DNA of 52,664 nucleotides from Saprolegnia diclina VS20 (taxonomy: Eukaryota). The notes beneath the pieces were generated by a model. The model worked only from the letters and a program-made list of their open reading frames with translations, searched no databases and was not told the origin of the DNA. Below, piece by piece: positions 41,438-52,664 of the stretch (position 1 is its first letter; the number at the start of each line of letters is the position of its first letter). A program made the translations under genes and the position numbers. Location: positions 237,217 to 289,880 of the forward strand of contig NW_008246074.1 of NCBI RefSeq assembly GCF_000281045.1, given 5' to 3'.

Positions 41438-44169
41438 ATGGCACGACCGCGCCTCGAGAGCAACACGACCGCCAAGCCCGACGACGACCGCGCCCGCCAT
41501 ACGAGCCTGCCGCTGCTCGGCCTCCAATCCTTCCTCAAGCCCATGGAAGACGCCAAGCGAGCACGCATGGACGCATCCGTCGTCGGCTCATCGTCCTCGT
41601 CTCTCGTAGAGCTTGACGCCCGCCAAGGTGTCTCCGATCGCAGCACATGACGAGGCGCCGCTCGACTCGTGCAGCGGCCTCAAGGACCAGTTCCTGCGCC
41701 TCAAGCAGATCTTCCAGAAGACGACACCCGAGACGAGTACCGAGGCCAAGACCGCCGATGCGGCCAAAGGCCTGCGCCGCCTGAGCTTGGACAACAGCGT
41801 GTGGATCGACCCACGCACGCTCCTGGATCCGTACTGCAATCGAGAGATCGACATGAAGCCGTCCGAGCTCATGCGCGAACTCGAGAAGCTCAACAGCGCG
41901 GCCCAGGCACGTCTTCCTCTTCGTACCTCTTCACCATATACATTCTGGCAACGTAGAAGCTGTTCGTACACGACCCGTGGTCCAACGGCGCCGAGCGCTG
42001 GGTCCTCGACGACGCCTGCTTGCGCGGGTACATGACGTGCTGGACCATCGAGACGGGCGGTGAGCTCGTAGTGCTCATCGCCCGCACTATCAAAGCGTAC
42101 GTGATGCTTTCTTCGGACTCTCGTGCCAGGGCGACTATGTGTAGGTTGAACGCCAACATCAACCCCGACATTGCACTCCAGTGGATCGGGCGACAGCTCT
42201 GGGGCCTCACCATCACACTACCGCTCGCTCGGAATCGAGAGCTCACGATGCAGCATGTATAGCGCCTGATTCCGTCAAAAGTCTAAGGGTGGCGTAGATC
42301 ACCGTCGCAGCGAGTATCGACGTGGCGCTGGCCAAGATGGTCAAGGTCGTATCGCCCGAGCCCAACAATGCCAACCTCCCGTACGATCGCGTCCGAGATC
42401 TGCAGCGTGTGACGATGCGTAGGCCACCCACGTCACCCCGAAAAGCGCCGCATGAAGCGCCGGAAACGGCGTTGGCCGAGGTGTCGTTGGGACCGAGCCA
42501 CATGCGAAGTCTCTCGAATGACACAACGACACCGACGCGGGCGGTGGGGCACAGCCGAAGTTTGTCGAGCGATGCGACGAGCCAGCACCTCCGAAGCCTC
42601 TCGGGGGACCTTCGAGCAGAAGTCCACGACATTGGTCGGCTCCTCGCGCCGCCGCGGTCCCCGACATCGTCATCGAGCTCGTCGACAACGAAAACGTGGC
42701 ATGCGCTCACGACGCCCGGCCCCGCGCTGTTGGACGACGACCCATTTGCCCGCTGCGTACCTTGCGCACCATGTATATGTGTACCAAGAAGACTGATCCT
42801 GGCAATGTAGGCACCAGAGAAAACCGGGTGGCTCAAGAAACGCAGCACTGGCTTGAACTCGTGGCAGCTGCGCTGGTTTGAACTCAAGGGCAATCGACTC
42901 TACTACTTCAAGCACGAAAAAGTACCTCCTTTCCGAGCCAAAATGGGCTAACATGGCTGTAGGATGGACTCCCCAAAGGCGCCATCGTACTCGACAAGGT
43001 CTACTGTATTCGCGGTGCGGCCGGGGACCCGTCGCCAAGCCTCACGATCTCTCCGTCGGGCGCCAACTCGATTTGCATGTTCAAATTCAGCGACCGACTC
43101 GTGCACCACGTCTTCAGGTGCGTGCGTCGACGCGAGCGCATCACGATTTAGTGTGGGATTAGTCGCCGATCCTGTACGCTGCGTGTGCCCGACGACGACG
43201 AGATCGAGCTCAACGCGTGGATCAACGCCATCTGCCGTGCGTCGTTCCAGTGCTACCTCAATGTCCCTACGGCCGACGCCAACGGTATGTCTTTGATGCC
43301 ATTTGTATCACTGTTTCAATGTATCGACTAGTCGACGAGAACGAGTTGTACAAGTACAGTAGTTTCCAGTATTTGCGCGAGACGGACCCACTCTTATGGG
43401 AAATCAACCCCCTCGACCAAAGCGCGATCAAGAAAAAAGCGTCCGTCGCCCGCACCAAGACTGAGTACACGTACATCATGTCCAAGTACGCGCACGTCCT
43501 TCGCCACATTCTCTTGCCGCGGTGCGCACGTTTGGCCCTTGATACTTTGATATAGAAATACAGTGATGTAGAGCACGCCCCATCAGCATTGAGCAAACGC
43601 TGCGCGACATCATTCCGGAGCTGTTTCTCATCAACAACATTTTGTACGGGGGTGAAACCGAGAGCATTGACGACATCTTTCACGTCCTTGAAGGCTACGT
43701 CAAGCGCTTTGCGTCGACCCACGACGCGTGCGTCACTGCGGTGAGCGCGGTCCTTCAAGCCTGTGCGCGCACGATTGCCGGTGGCGACTCGTTCCTGGTG
43801 ATCCGGACGCTCCTTGGCCATGGCGCTGGCGATACGCTCATTCGCCCGGCCGACTCGCACGGCGCGCCCATCGTGATTGACATTTCGAGTGCGACGCCGT
43901 CTCTCTTTACGATCACGCTCTCGAGCGTCTTTGTGTTTCATTTGCTCGACGACGTCGAGAAGATGACGGAAGACGACTCGATCGAACCGCTCTTGCGCGT
44001 GCAAACGCTCCACGTCCAAGAGATGGACCTCCTTCTCGGCAAGTCGACGCGGCACCTCAAGATACGGCAGCTCGCGGCCGACGACGAGCGAATAGGAGGC
44101 GACCTCGCGAGTGGCAGCAGTCGCAGCACCACGTACGACTATGGCGCGCTCCTCGACGGTCTCGCGTAG
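41438..44169 (+). CDS. PH-domain-containing protein, multi-exon
   Basis: KTGWLKKRSTGLNSWQLRWFELKGNRLYYFKHEK|..PKGAIVL...WINAI forms a PH domain; coding-biased exons run to TAG 44169. Confidence 0.75.
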
Positions 44170-44694
44170 GTAAAATACCCTCAAGTTAGAAGACGATCCT
44201 AGTCGCTGTCGTTCAAAATGGTGGACTACATTGGTCAACACGAATGGCTAAGAGGGTGACGGGCATGTCAGACGCCAGCTCTATGCTTCGTCCCAAGACA
44301 AGAAAGCGACGGGTGAGGGTGTGCAGTAGCGGTCGAGTGACCATGTGCTACCGAGAACGATCGCGTGGAGCCCATTGTGATGGCCGGATGCACACGCCAG
44401 AGGCTCGACGCTCGATGTTGAGGCAAGGGATAGAAGTCAATTCAATGATTCCCTTGAACGATTGTTTTATTTTAGTCAACGTGGTTCGCCCAACGTCTTC
44501 GTCCGTAGAGTCCGTGCACATGCTGATGCTGTTGCAAAGTACTTTATGTCGTTTGTTGGGCCAGAGTGCTATTCTACTCGACGATTCTTGTTGTTGAATT
44601 GAGTCCTTTTAGTTAGTCCATTAATTTCTTGCATTTTACTAGACTCTCATTTCTCACGAGCAATCATGAGATAGTTACTCGTATTTTGTCAATC

Positions 44695-46608
44695 TCACGC
44701 CACCCACGGTGAGTCTTTGGCGCCTTTTGTGACCGACACCATCGCACCAGGTGCCCCCGTTCGGTGCACGACGAGTGTGCCGACGGCATATCGAAAGTTC
44801 CGAGGTGTCTTGGAGAGCGACCGCTTCCTGCCGCCATCATGGTGCTTGGCTGTCTTGCGCACATAGAGCGGGGCATCCATTTGGGATACGAGGCTCACGC
44901 GTGTGACTTCGACAAGCTTGTTGGTGCGGGTGTAGCCCAAGACGTAGCAGTCGCCACCGCGCTGGTCCATCGTGCCATGGCGTCGATACTCGGGGTAGGC
45001 TTCAAACAGCCGATACATGGAGCCGCCGTGCATCACATCTGTACGCAACATCTCATTTTCACAGCCGACTGTGTCGTTATAAGGTACCTTGGATGTTGGA
45101 GCCGAGGCGATAGAACCAGAGGAGACTCTTGTGTTTGAAATCGTTGTAGGCAAACGCACCCTCGTTCATGTCTGCGCCATCCTACGCGCACAAAAGTGAC
45201 GCAAAACCGTCGCAATTTCGACAACGACGCAAATATCGAGACGTACGTGGGCGTGGAAGCGGTACCAGCGCGTCGCGTCGCGGCCATTCGACACTTGTCG
45301 CACATTGCGCACCGCGCGCTTGGCCGCGCGCGCCGCGATGCCAGGCACACCGAGCAGCACGGGCAGCGTACACAGCGAAAGCGAAAACCCAAGAAAGGCT
45401 GCAATCGCCTCGACGAACTCGTCGCCGGGCGGCGCCGGCGTAATCATCATAGAAAAGAGCGCAATGTACACAGAGAGCATTGGGTACCACGCGAGCTGGA
45501 GGTGCGTGAAGAAGCCGCTGTAGGCGTACGCAGCGATCGCCAATAAGGTCGGGTTGGCAGGTTTGAGCCAATGGCTTTTCCGGGCCCGTCGCAAGAGCGG
45601 GTTCAAGAGCACGAGCGTGCTGTACGAGAGCCAGACGCTGCGACTAAAGTACATGGATCCGAGAGCAAAGTAGTAGGCACTTTCAAACTGCTCGACGCGC
45701 ATGGCGGCTTGGCCCGATAATTCGGGACTCATCCAAAAATCGAGCACAAACAAAAAGCAAATTTTCGGGTGCGAGAGCACGATGCAGGTTGCATCGCCCA
45801 CGAGAATTTCGTAGCGCACGACGTTCTTGCGCTCGCTCATGACGTACGACATGAGCGCCTTGCGGAGGTGGACGACGTGCGTATAGTACTCGGCGTAGCA
45901 CACATAGCCAATGTAGACGCTCAGAAAGAGGCGGCAAAAGAGCTTGAGGAGACGCCAGCTCGTCGTGTAGTCGCTCGACGCGTACAGCGAGTAGATAGTA
46001 AAGCTATCGACTTGGTCACTCTTCTTGGGTGGTGGAAGAAGGTCGTTGCCGGGTACGGTCCAGAGCACCGACAAGGCGTGAGGTGTCGACAGCATCGTGT
46101 GCTTCCACACCTTGGCATACGCCGTGGAGGCGGTTGCGTTAAAGCCACAGAGCACATGAGAGATGTCGGTCACATGCGCCAACGGGAAATACAAAGCGCC
46201 CGCTACGCTGGTGATAATTGCGTGCGCGCAGTCCGCCTGGACGGAGCGGTTGAGCGGAAAGGCATGTCGCGCCACGTCGGTGCCCGTCGCAGCGTCGTAG
46301 ACGTATGTAGCCCCGAGCGGTAGAGTGGATACCGAGAAGCGAGTGCGAAAGTACTCCATGTGCTCGGTTTGGTTGATGGTCTCGGCGGCTTCGACCGTGA
46401 GGAGCCGGTGGGTCGCCCCCCGAAACGGAGTGGCCTCGCTCAGGTACGGCTTGAACGGCATGAGGAGCAGGTTGAGGCCAAAGAGCGCCGAGACAACGAG
46501 CGACTTGCGGTTCATGCGGACGCGGGAGGGATCGACGATCGGTAAAATGTCATCGAGCGAAGGCCCGGCGTACGCGGGTATATCGTCGAGCGAGGGGTCG
46601 ACACGCAT
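44695..46608 (-). CDS. Multi-pass membrane protein of unknown function (looks oomycete-specific)
   Basis: Long exon with LNLLLMPFKPYLSE, several TM segments and GDATCIVL; spliced to AFAYNDFKHK and GGSMYRLF...QRGGDCYV...PWVA. Confidence 0.7.
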
Positions 46609-47217
46609 TGGTCGCGACAATCTAGGCAATGGCGCGTAGATGAGCAGTGTCTCGGGATGCTAATGTATTTATACCTCAGATACGAGGAAAGGACGGTAAG
46701 CTATTTTGGCTTCGAATGCACGTGACTGGGCGTTATCGGAGGCTGAGCGTTGCTGCAAGGGTGCCCATGTACGTCATTTCTTGTCTTCATCTCGTCATCC
46801 ACTCAAGCAGCTGGACGCCACCGAGAGACGGCTTAGCGCCAAGCGGAAGCGGCCAAGCTAAATGTCCTCGGCATCGCAGTGTCCAAGAGTTCGGAAATGC
46901 GTTGGAAGACTGTAGTAGCTCCGCGATCCAACCGTTGCATTCTTAAAGACTAGCTGTAGTAACCAGGAATTATCTTTGTGGCATATTGTAGGATAGTATA
47001 GTAGGCAGCAGCGGCAGCCAACGCTCAGCGCATGGGTTGAGTCGATGTGAGCTGTTGTTAACTTGGAAGTTGAGCTGGAGTTGCGTGCAATTGGTTTTGC
47101 CGCGAGTAAAAAACGTGCCATTGGCACGACGTTAAAACCGCGAATCGACGTTAAAGCATACGATTGGTGCAACGAGGCAGGTCCAACCCCACGAGCGATT
47201 GCACTTGACTGAAGACC

Positions 47218-47610
47218 ATGCAACGCAGCCAAGCCGTGAGCTTCTACCGCGCCATCTACCGCGTACGTCGCCGCCCTCTGTAGTCGCCACTGAAGGTTGC
47301 GTGTATGTAGACAGCCGGGCTCATGCCATCCAAGGACCGGACGCGCTTTGTGCGCCGGCGGCTGCGCGCCGAGTATGAAAAGTACCGCCACGAGGCCAAC
47401 CCCGAGCGCATCGAGTACGCGCCTCCTATGTGAGAATCTTATTGCTATATAAATACGACGTAGCTTTTTGCTCCAGGTCGCCGACACGCAGGTAGCATCT
47501 CCTTGTGCACCCTTCTTTTGCTCATCGACAACGAGCAGCTCGACACGCTTCGTGTGCAAGTCGACCACTACAACCAAGTCTTTTCCGACCCGAGCTACCA
47601 CCAAGTCTAG
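47218..47610 (+). CDS. Small LYR-motif (Complex1_LYR-like) mitochondrial protein, 4 exons
   Basis: Spliced MQRSQAVSFYRAIYR|TAGLMPSKDRTRFVRRRLRAEYEKYRHEANPERID|FLLQVADTQ|LDTLRVQVDHYNQVFSDPSYHQV*, all with canonical GT-AG junctions. Confidence 0.75.
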
Positions 47611-48315
47611 CGCATATACACTGAAATGGAGCACCACGAGCCACAAATCGATATGTGCATGAGCTGCAGTCGCTGGAGGGCCTTGGGCTACCTACTCTTC
47701 GTCATGTGCTCTTGGCTGCCAAAACGGTGGCAGACTCGTTTGCAACGCAAAAACCACCGCCTAGTTGCTGGCAGAGACAAGCCGCAAGGGTCGTCGCTTC
47801 CCAGAACAGAGCATACCGATAGTCCTTTGGTGCTGCTGGTCTGTGTTTGAGTCTGGGAACTTTGTTTGTTAGTTTGCGTGCGTTTAGCTGCCCACCGAAA
47901 CGACGAGCAAGCGTCCAGAGCAATTGTCGAGAGCTGATCGGCGAGCCACAACGGCCGATCAGACGATGCACGCAAACTTCTTCTGCCAGAGTTTCGCAGA
48001 TCTGCATGCGGAGCGTAGTCGGACGCTCATGCAGTTATTAGCGCGCCCGTTGCGCGGTTAGTTGCTAGTACTAGCACGCAGAACGTCCTAATAGTAGTAT
48101 AGGACCGCTGGCACTGGGCGCCAAGTGAGTGTCGGTAGCAGCGTTAGCCACGGGCAGGATCGTACGCAGCGTGGCATTTTACCCAATCATAGGCAGCGGT
48201 GCACAACCCGACGTCCATTTTGGCCAATGAGACGCGATGTCAACAACCGAGCGATGCATTTTTATTCTGGCATCCAATATAATTTCTGCCATTTTGCCTC
48301 AACGCCGCAAGCAAG

Positions 48316-51023
48316 ATGACCGGCGTCCGCCTCCAGCTGCTCAAGGTCGTCGACGGTGCGCTTAGCCGCCTCGAGCTCAACGAAGAGGCCATCGAGTACC
48401 TCCGTGACAAGTACGACCCGCTCACGGTCTTTGCCTTCCTCGGCCCACAGGTACGACAAAGCCAGGCGTCGGCACAATGACGACAAGAACGACGCGCGTA
48501 GGGCAGCGGCAAGTCGGCCTTTGTGCAAGAGCTCATCCGTGCCGGGCAGCCCGAGGGCCACGCTGCCGAATCCATGGAACCAACGCCCGAGGACACGTGC
48601 GTACGATCCCATTGCATCCCATCTTAACGGTATACGTAGCGGCGTGTGGATGTACATTGAAGAGACTGCGTACGAGCACGCCAAGCACGTGGCCTACTTG
48701 GACGTCTACGGCTACGGCGTCAACAAGGTACGATGCCACCTCTTGCCATGCTCTTGGGCTTAGGATGCGTCATATTCGTAGCACATTGATGCGCAGCTCT
48801 TTGGCCTCACGGCGCTCCTCAGCAGGTTTGTCGGTTTGCAACTAGATGCACAATGCTTGACGCCCCACTCTTGTCTAGCACCGTGTTTCACGTATCGCTG
48901 GGCGCTATCAACGAAAGCGTCTTTGGGCAGCTCGGGTTTCTCGAAGGCGCGGTTGAGGTCCTCGGCGAGAGCGTTGGTGGGCACCTCCCGCCATTGCAGT
49001 GGGTCGTGCGCGATCTACCGACGAAAGAGCTCAAGGCCATTGTCGGCACGGCCGTCGATCCGTCGGTGGACATGGACCAGCTCTACTTGAGTGCTGTCTT
49101 GGACGCCAAGTCGAGCCCGTTCCGGAACTTGCTGCCGTGGCAGATTATCACAAACTACTTTCCCAAGCGGTCGTGCACGGTGCTACCCGCCTCGACCAGT
49201 CCAGCGTACGAGAAGAAGGCGGCCCGCCTCGGCAAAACGCTCGTCGAGAAAAGCCACGTTGCGAGTCTCCACGGCGTCCCGCTCACGGGCTCGATCCTCG
49301 CCAGCGTCGTCGAGCTGCTCGTGGACCAGCACAAGGGCATTCTTGACGTACATTTGCTCTCGTTGATGGCCTTCTTTGACCACAGACGATGGCGCGTAGG
49401 TGCTCAATGGGGCGTGGGCTACCATTCTGCAAGCGGCGGTCCTCGACGTCCTCGAAGTGGCCATCGGCACGTACACGACGTATGTGGACGCCCAGCTGCC
49501 CATGTCCAACGCGGACGCAGCGTCGGCATCGATCTCGGTACGACGCAGACACTATGTCCATCGTCAACGACGACGAACATTAGCTGCCATGCGACGCCAG
49601 TGTCCTGCATGCATTGCATGGTGAAGCGTGCATACGCGCGGCGCCGCTCCTCGCCCGCGCCGCCAGCATGGGTGACGAGAGCGCAGCGCTCGCCGCAACC
49701 ATGTTCAAGACGCTCGCGAGCGATCACATTGCCAAGTGGCACGCGCGCAACGACGCGCTCTCCAAGTCGCTCTGCCGCAACTTGCTGAGTGCGCTGCATA
49801 CGGACGTCGAGGCGTCGATCGCCGCCAAGCTCTCTCGCGACGAGAACGACCCGCTGCTGTTTTCCGACTTTAAAGGCCTCTTTCGCTTCTACAACATTCA
49901 GGTCCAGCACATGCTTGCGCAGTATGCGACCGACGCCAAGGGTCCGCAAAAGGTATATTTTATGTTGTCATTTGCTCGTTTTTCAACTTTACTTTTCACA
50001 AATTGTCGATCGGAGGGCACTAAGCGTATATTTGACGTATAGATGGCGCAGCTGGCTGCGTTTTACGCGACGTTGCTGCCAAAATTCATCTTGTACCTCA
50101 CGGACCTCGGCGAACACCGTATCGAGTCGGAAACGATCGCGTCGACGGTAGAACGCTCCTCGACGATGGAATAGCATCATCCATGTCGCCATAGCTCATG
50201 CTGGACCGAAGCAAGGGCGCGCTGCAGCAAGCTATGGATGCCAAAGACACGGCCATGGAGGTACTATCGTCTTGCATCCTGTACGAGACACTGGATGGAT
50301 GTTGCTAGTCGATCAAGGCCACGCAGGCCCACGTGCAAGCCGGCCTCGTCGTCAACGCTCGCTTGGAAAAGGTACACTCGTCGTCTCCTCGTGTATCTCA
50401 TGTAACCTTGTGTAGCGTCTCCGGGACGTTCTCGACGATGCATTGGAAGGCGTCTCGCTGCTCTACGACGCAGCCAAGCTCCAAGGCGAGTCGCTCGAGC
50501 GCGAAGCATTTGTCAACGTACACTTGGTATTACGAGACGATGGTTGACCCCTCGGTAGGTCGAGCGCACGGCCGAGCGCGTGCTCGAAGTGACGCAAAAG
50601 ACGCAGTCGGCCGACGACGAGCTCCTCGAAGGCTACCTCATCAAGCAGGGCGGCGGTGGCGTCTTTGGCCGGAAGAACTGGAAGCAGCGCTACTTTGTGC
50701 TGCACCGGTCGCTGCTCTCGTACGCCAAGACCAAGGACGACTACGAGCGCGGCAAGATCCTCAAAGAGCTCTCGATCGTCGGCTGCGACGTGCGCGAGTC
50801 CATGGACGCGGGCGAAGGCTTTGAGATTTGGCCGCCGCTCGGGGGCCAAGGCACGGTCTACGACTACAAGCAAGGCATGTTTGCCTCCGAGTCGACCAAC
50901 GCGCGGCGCAAGGTCGACGCCGACTCGGACCGCAAGTTTTTCCTGCGCGCGTCGTCGGTCGAGGTCAAAGAGCTCTGGGTCGGCCGCCTCCGCCAAGCTG
51001 CCCAGCAGCCGCTACTGCACTAA
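48316..51023 (+). CDS. Guanylate-binding protein (GBP/atlastin)-like GTPase domain + helical region + C-terminal PH domain
   Basis: LELNEEAIEYL, FAFLGPQ|GSGKS, GVWMY, YLDVYG, QLFGLTALLS|S, G.INE, PPLQWVVRD, YFPKRSC..LP; C-terminal EGYLIKQGGGG..RKNWKQRYFVL...FFLRASS.EVKELWV. Confidence 0.78.
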
Positions 51024-51303
51024 GATCTAAGACGCCTCCGATTGTACATACATGTCACATACAAACTAGTCGGTCGATATCATGCTGCTGGGGGAGCTCT
51101 ACCATTCCGAGCTCACCAACCTCGACCTCGATCTCGTACACCTGCGGCTTGTCTCGCCCAAAGGTGACAGGCAAGGGCGCATGCGATGATGTACCATGGG
51201 TGTTGGCGAGAAGGATGGCGAGTCTCTTCCAAGGTCGGCGACATTTGGCCAACGCCATCGAGTCGACGGAAGTCTCTAACGATCAAGTGGATTGAAACAG
51301 GAG

Positions 51304-52351
51304 CTACTTGGCGGCCTTGGCCTCCTGCTTCTTCTTGAGCATCGCGAGGTACCCGCCGATCGCGTTCTGCACCTTGTCGGTTTGACAAAAGTCGATAAAG
51401 TTGGAGCGGTCTTCGTCGAGGCGGGTGCGCAGGCGGTTGGCCGTCTCGTCGCGCATCATGGCCTTGGTGAGCTTGCGCGCGCTCGCTACACGTCGCATTG
51501 GCTGCATGAGATCGTCGATGTATGGCGAGAATGGAGGATGTACACGGAATCGAGAGCCACTCGGCGAGGAGCTTCTCGGCCGTCTCGTGGACCTGCTCGA
51601 CGGGCACGGCTTCGTCGACCAAGTTGATCTCCTTGGCACGGAGCGCGTTCACTTGGAGGCCGAGGCCAAGCATCTTCTCGGTCTCGCGGTGGCCGATCGT
51701 GTTGAGCATCACGTCCCGCATCCAGAACGGCGCGACGATGCCGAGCTTGGTCTCGTTCAAGCCGATGAGCGGCCCGCCGAGTGCCATGACGCGAGAGTCG
51801 CAGCACATGGCAAGCATGCAGCCGCCCGCGGGGCTCTGGCCCTCGATGGCCGCGACCGTCGCGAGCGGCGTCGTGTACAAGCGGAGGCACGTGTTCTGGA
51901 ACGCACGCCAGAATTGGCCAAGGCGCTTGGTCTACATGCATCGTCGTCGTTCGATGCGGCGTGGAAGGCTGCGTAGCCTACCTGCGGCTGGTACATCTCC
52001 ATAATGTCGAGGCCGCCGGAAAAGATCTTGGGGTTGGTCGACGACAGAATCATGCCCCTAGTCCATGGCCATCAGGAGCCATTCCATCGTGCACGCCATG
52101 CGTACTTGATAGCCTTGTCCTTCTCAAGCGCTTGAATTGCCTCGTCGATGGCGAGAAGCAGCTACGCCAGTATGAGCCAAGCTGCGCGACGATCGCCAGT
52201 GTACCTCCATGCTCAACGAGTTGACGGGCGCGCGGTTGAGGCGCAGGATGGCGAAGCCATCCTTTTTCTCGACTGTGACGAGGCTGGGCGCAGACGACGA
52301 AGACATGGCGCGGGCGCCGCGGAGGCGAAGGCGAAGGGCAGAGCGGAGCAT
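51304..52351 (-). CDS. ECI1: Mitochondrial enoyl-CoA delta isomerase (crotonase family), spliced
   Basis: Arg-rich transit peptide, RAPVNSLSME, IFSGGLDIMEMY, AAIEGQSPAGGC, IGLNETKLGIVAPFW. Confidence 0.9.
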
Positions 52352-52664
52352 CGTGACCAACGAGGGGCTAGTTGGACTCTGTTGACAAAACAACAAGATC
52401 CGTCGAAATCCCAGGTTCAAGTGCCGGATACCACGACGTCATCCGGTATTCGTACCCATTATCCGTAAATCCTATGCAAGACCGTGCTCCACTCGTAGCG
52501 TCATCAGGTCGTGACGTGTGCAAGCAGACTCGAGCTCTTCCCGCAGCTTTGCTGCCAGCGCTACTGGTTGCCACGATCGCTTTGGACAACGACTGGGCTG
52601 CCAGGAGGGGACGCATTTCCCACATACATCACCTATTTGCCACATATACCACATGTTTATCTTG

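Noticed and set aside
51055..51258. Short ORF between the convergent GBP-PH and ECI1 genes
   Set aside because: No ATG start or motif; probably UTR sequence.
1..52664. Prokaryotic systems (operons, CRISPR, IS elements, retrons)
   Set aside because: Spliceosomal introns and eukaryote-specific genes throughout; no repeat-spacer array, intact transposase or reverse transcriptase seen.

Overview
Eukaryotic, GC-rich, very gene-dense DNA with many tiny (~39-70 nt) spliceosomal introns, mostly with GTAC-type donors and TAG acceptors. An elicitin-like gene, an oomycete-type Inr/FPR promoter element and the overall gene style point to an oomycete, probably Saprolegniales (inference). I can support about 25 protein-coding genes. 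Housekeeping genes: CWC25, TOP2, SMG9, a TBP-family gene, ECI1, ABHD18, a MICU-like gene, an HI0933 flavoprotein, a TPT-family transporter and a LYR protein. There are two local duplications: an IQM-like pair, and a head-to-head KDSR pair flanking a 671-nt N gap. Several ankyrin, PH and EF-hand genes are also present. The standout is 32374-34855: ankyrin repeats + pseudokinase + KEN ribonuclease with catalytic Tyr/Arg/Asn/His apparently retained. This is the RNase L domain architecture, best known from vertebrates. Other unusual architectures are a GBP-like GTPase fused to a PH domain and an ankyrin-DUF4246 fusion that appears to have lost its metal ligands. I found no rRNA, complete tRNA, CRISPR array or intact transposon. 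All exon structures and family calls were made by eye and need RNA-seq/HMM confirmation.
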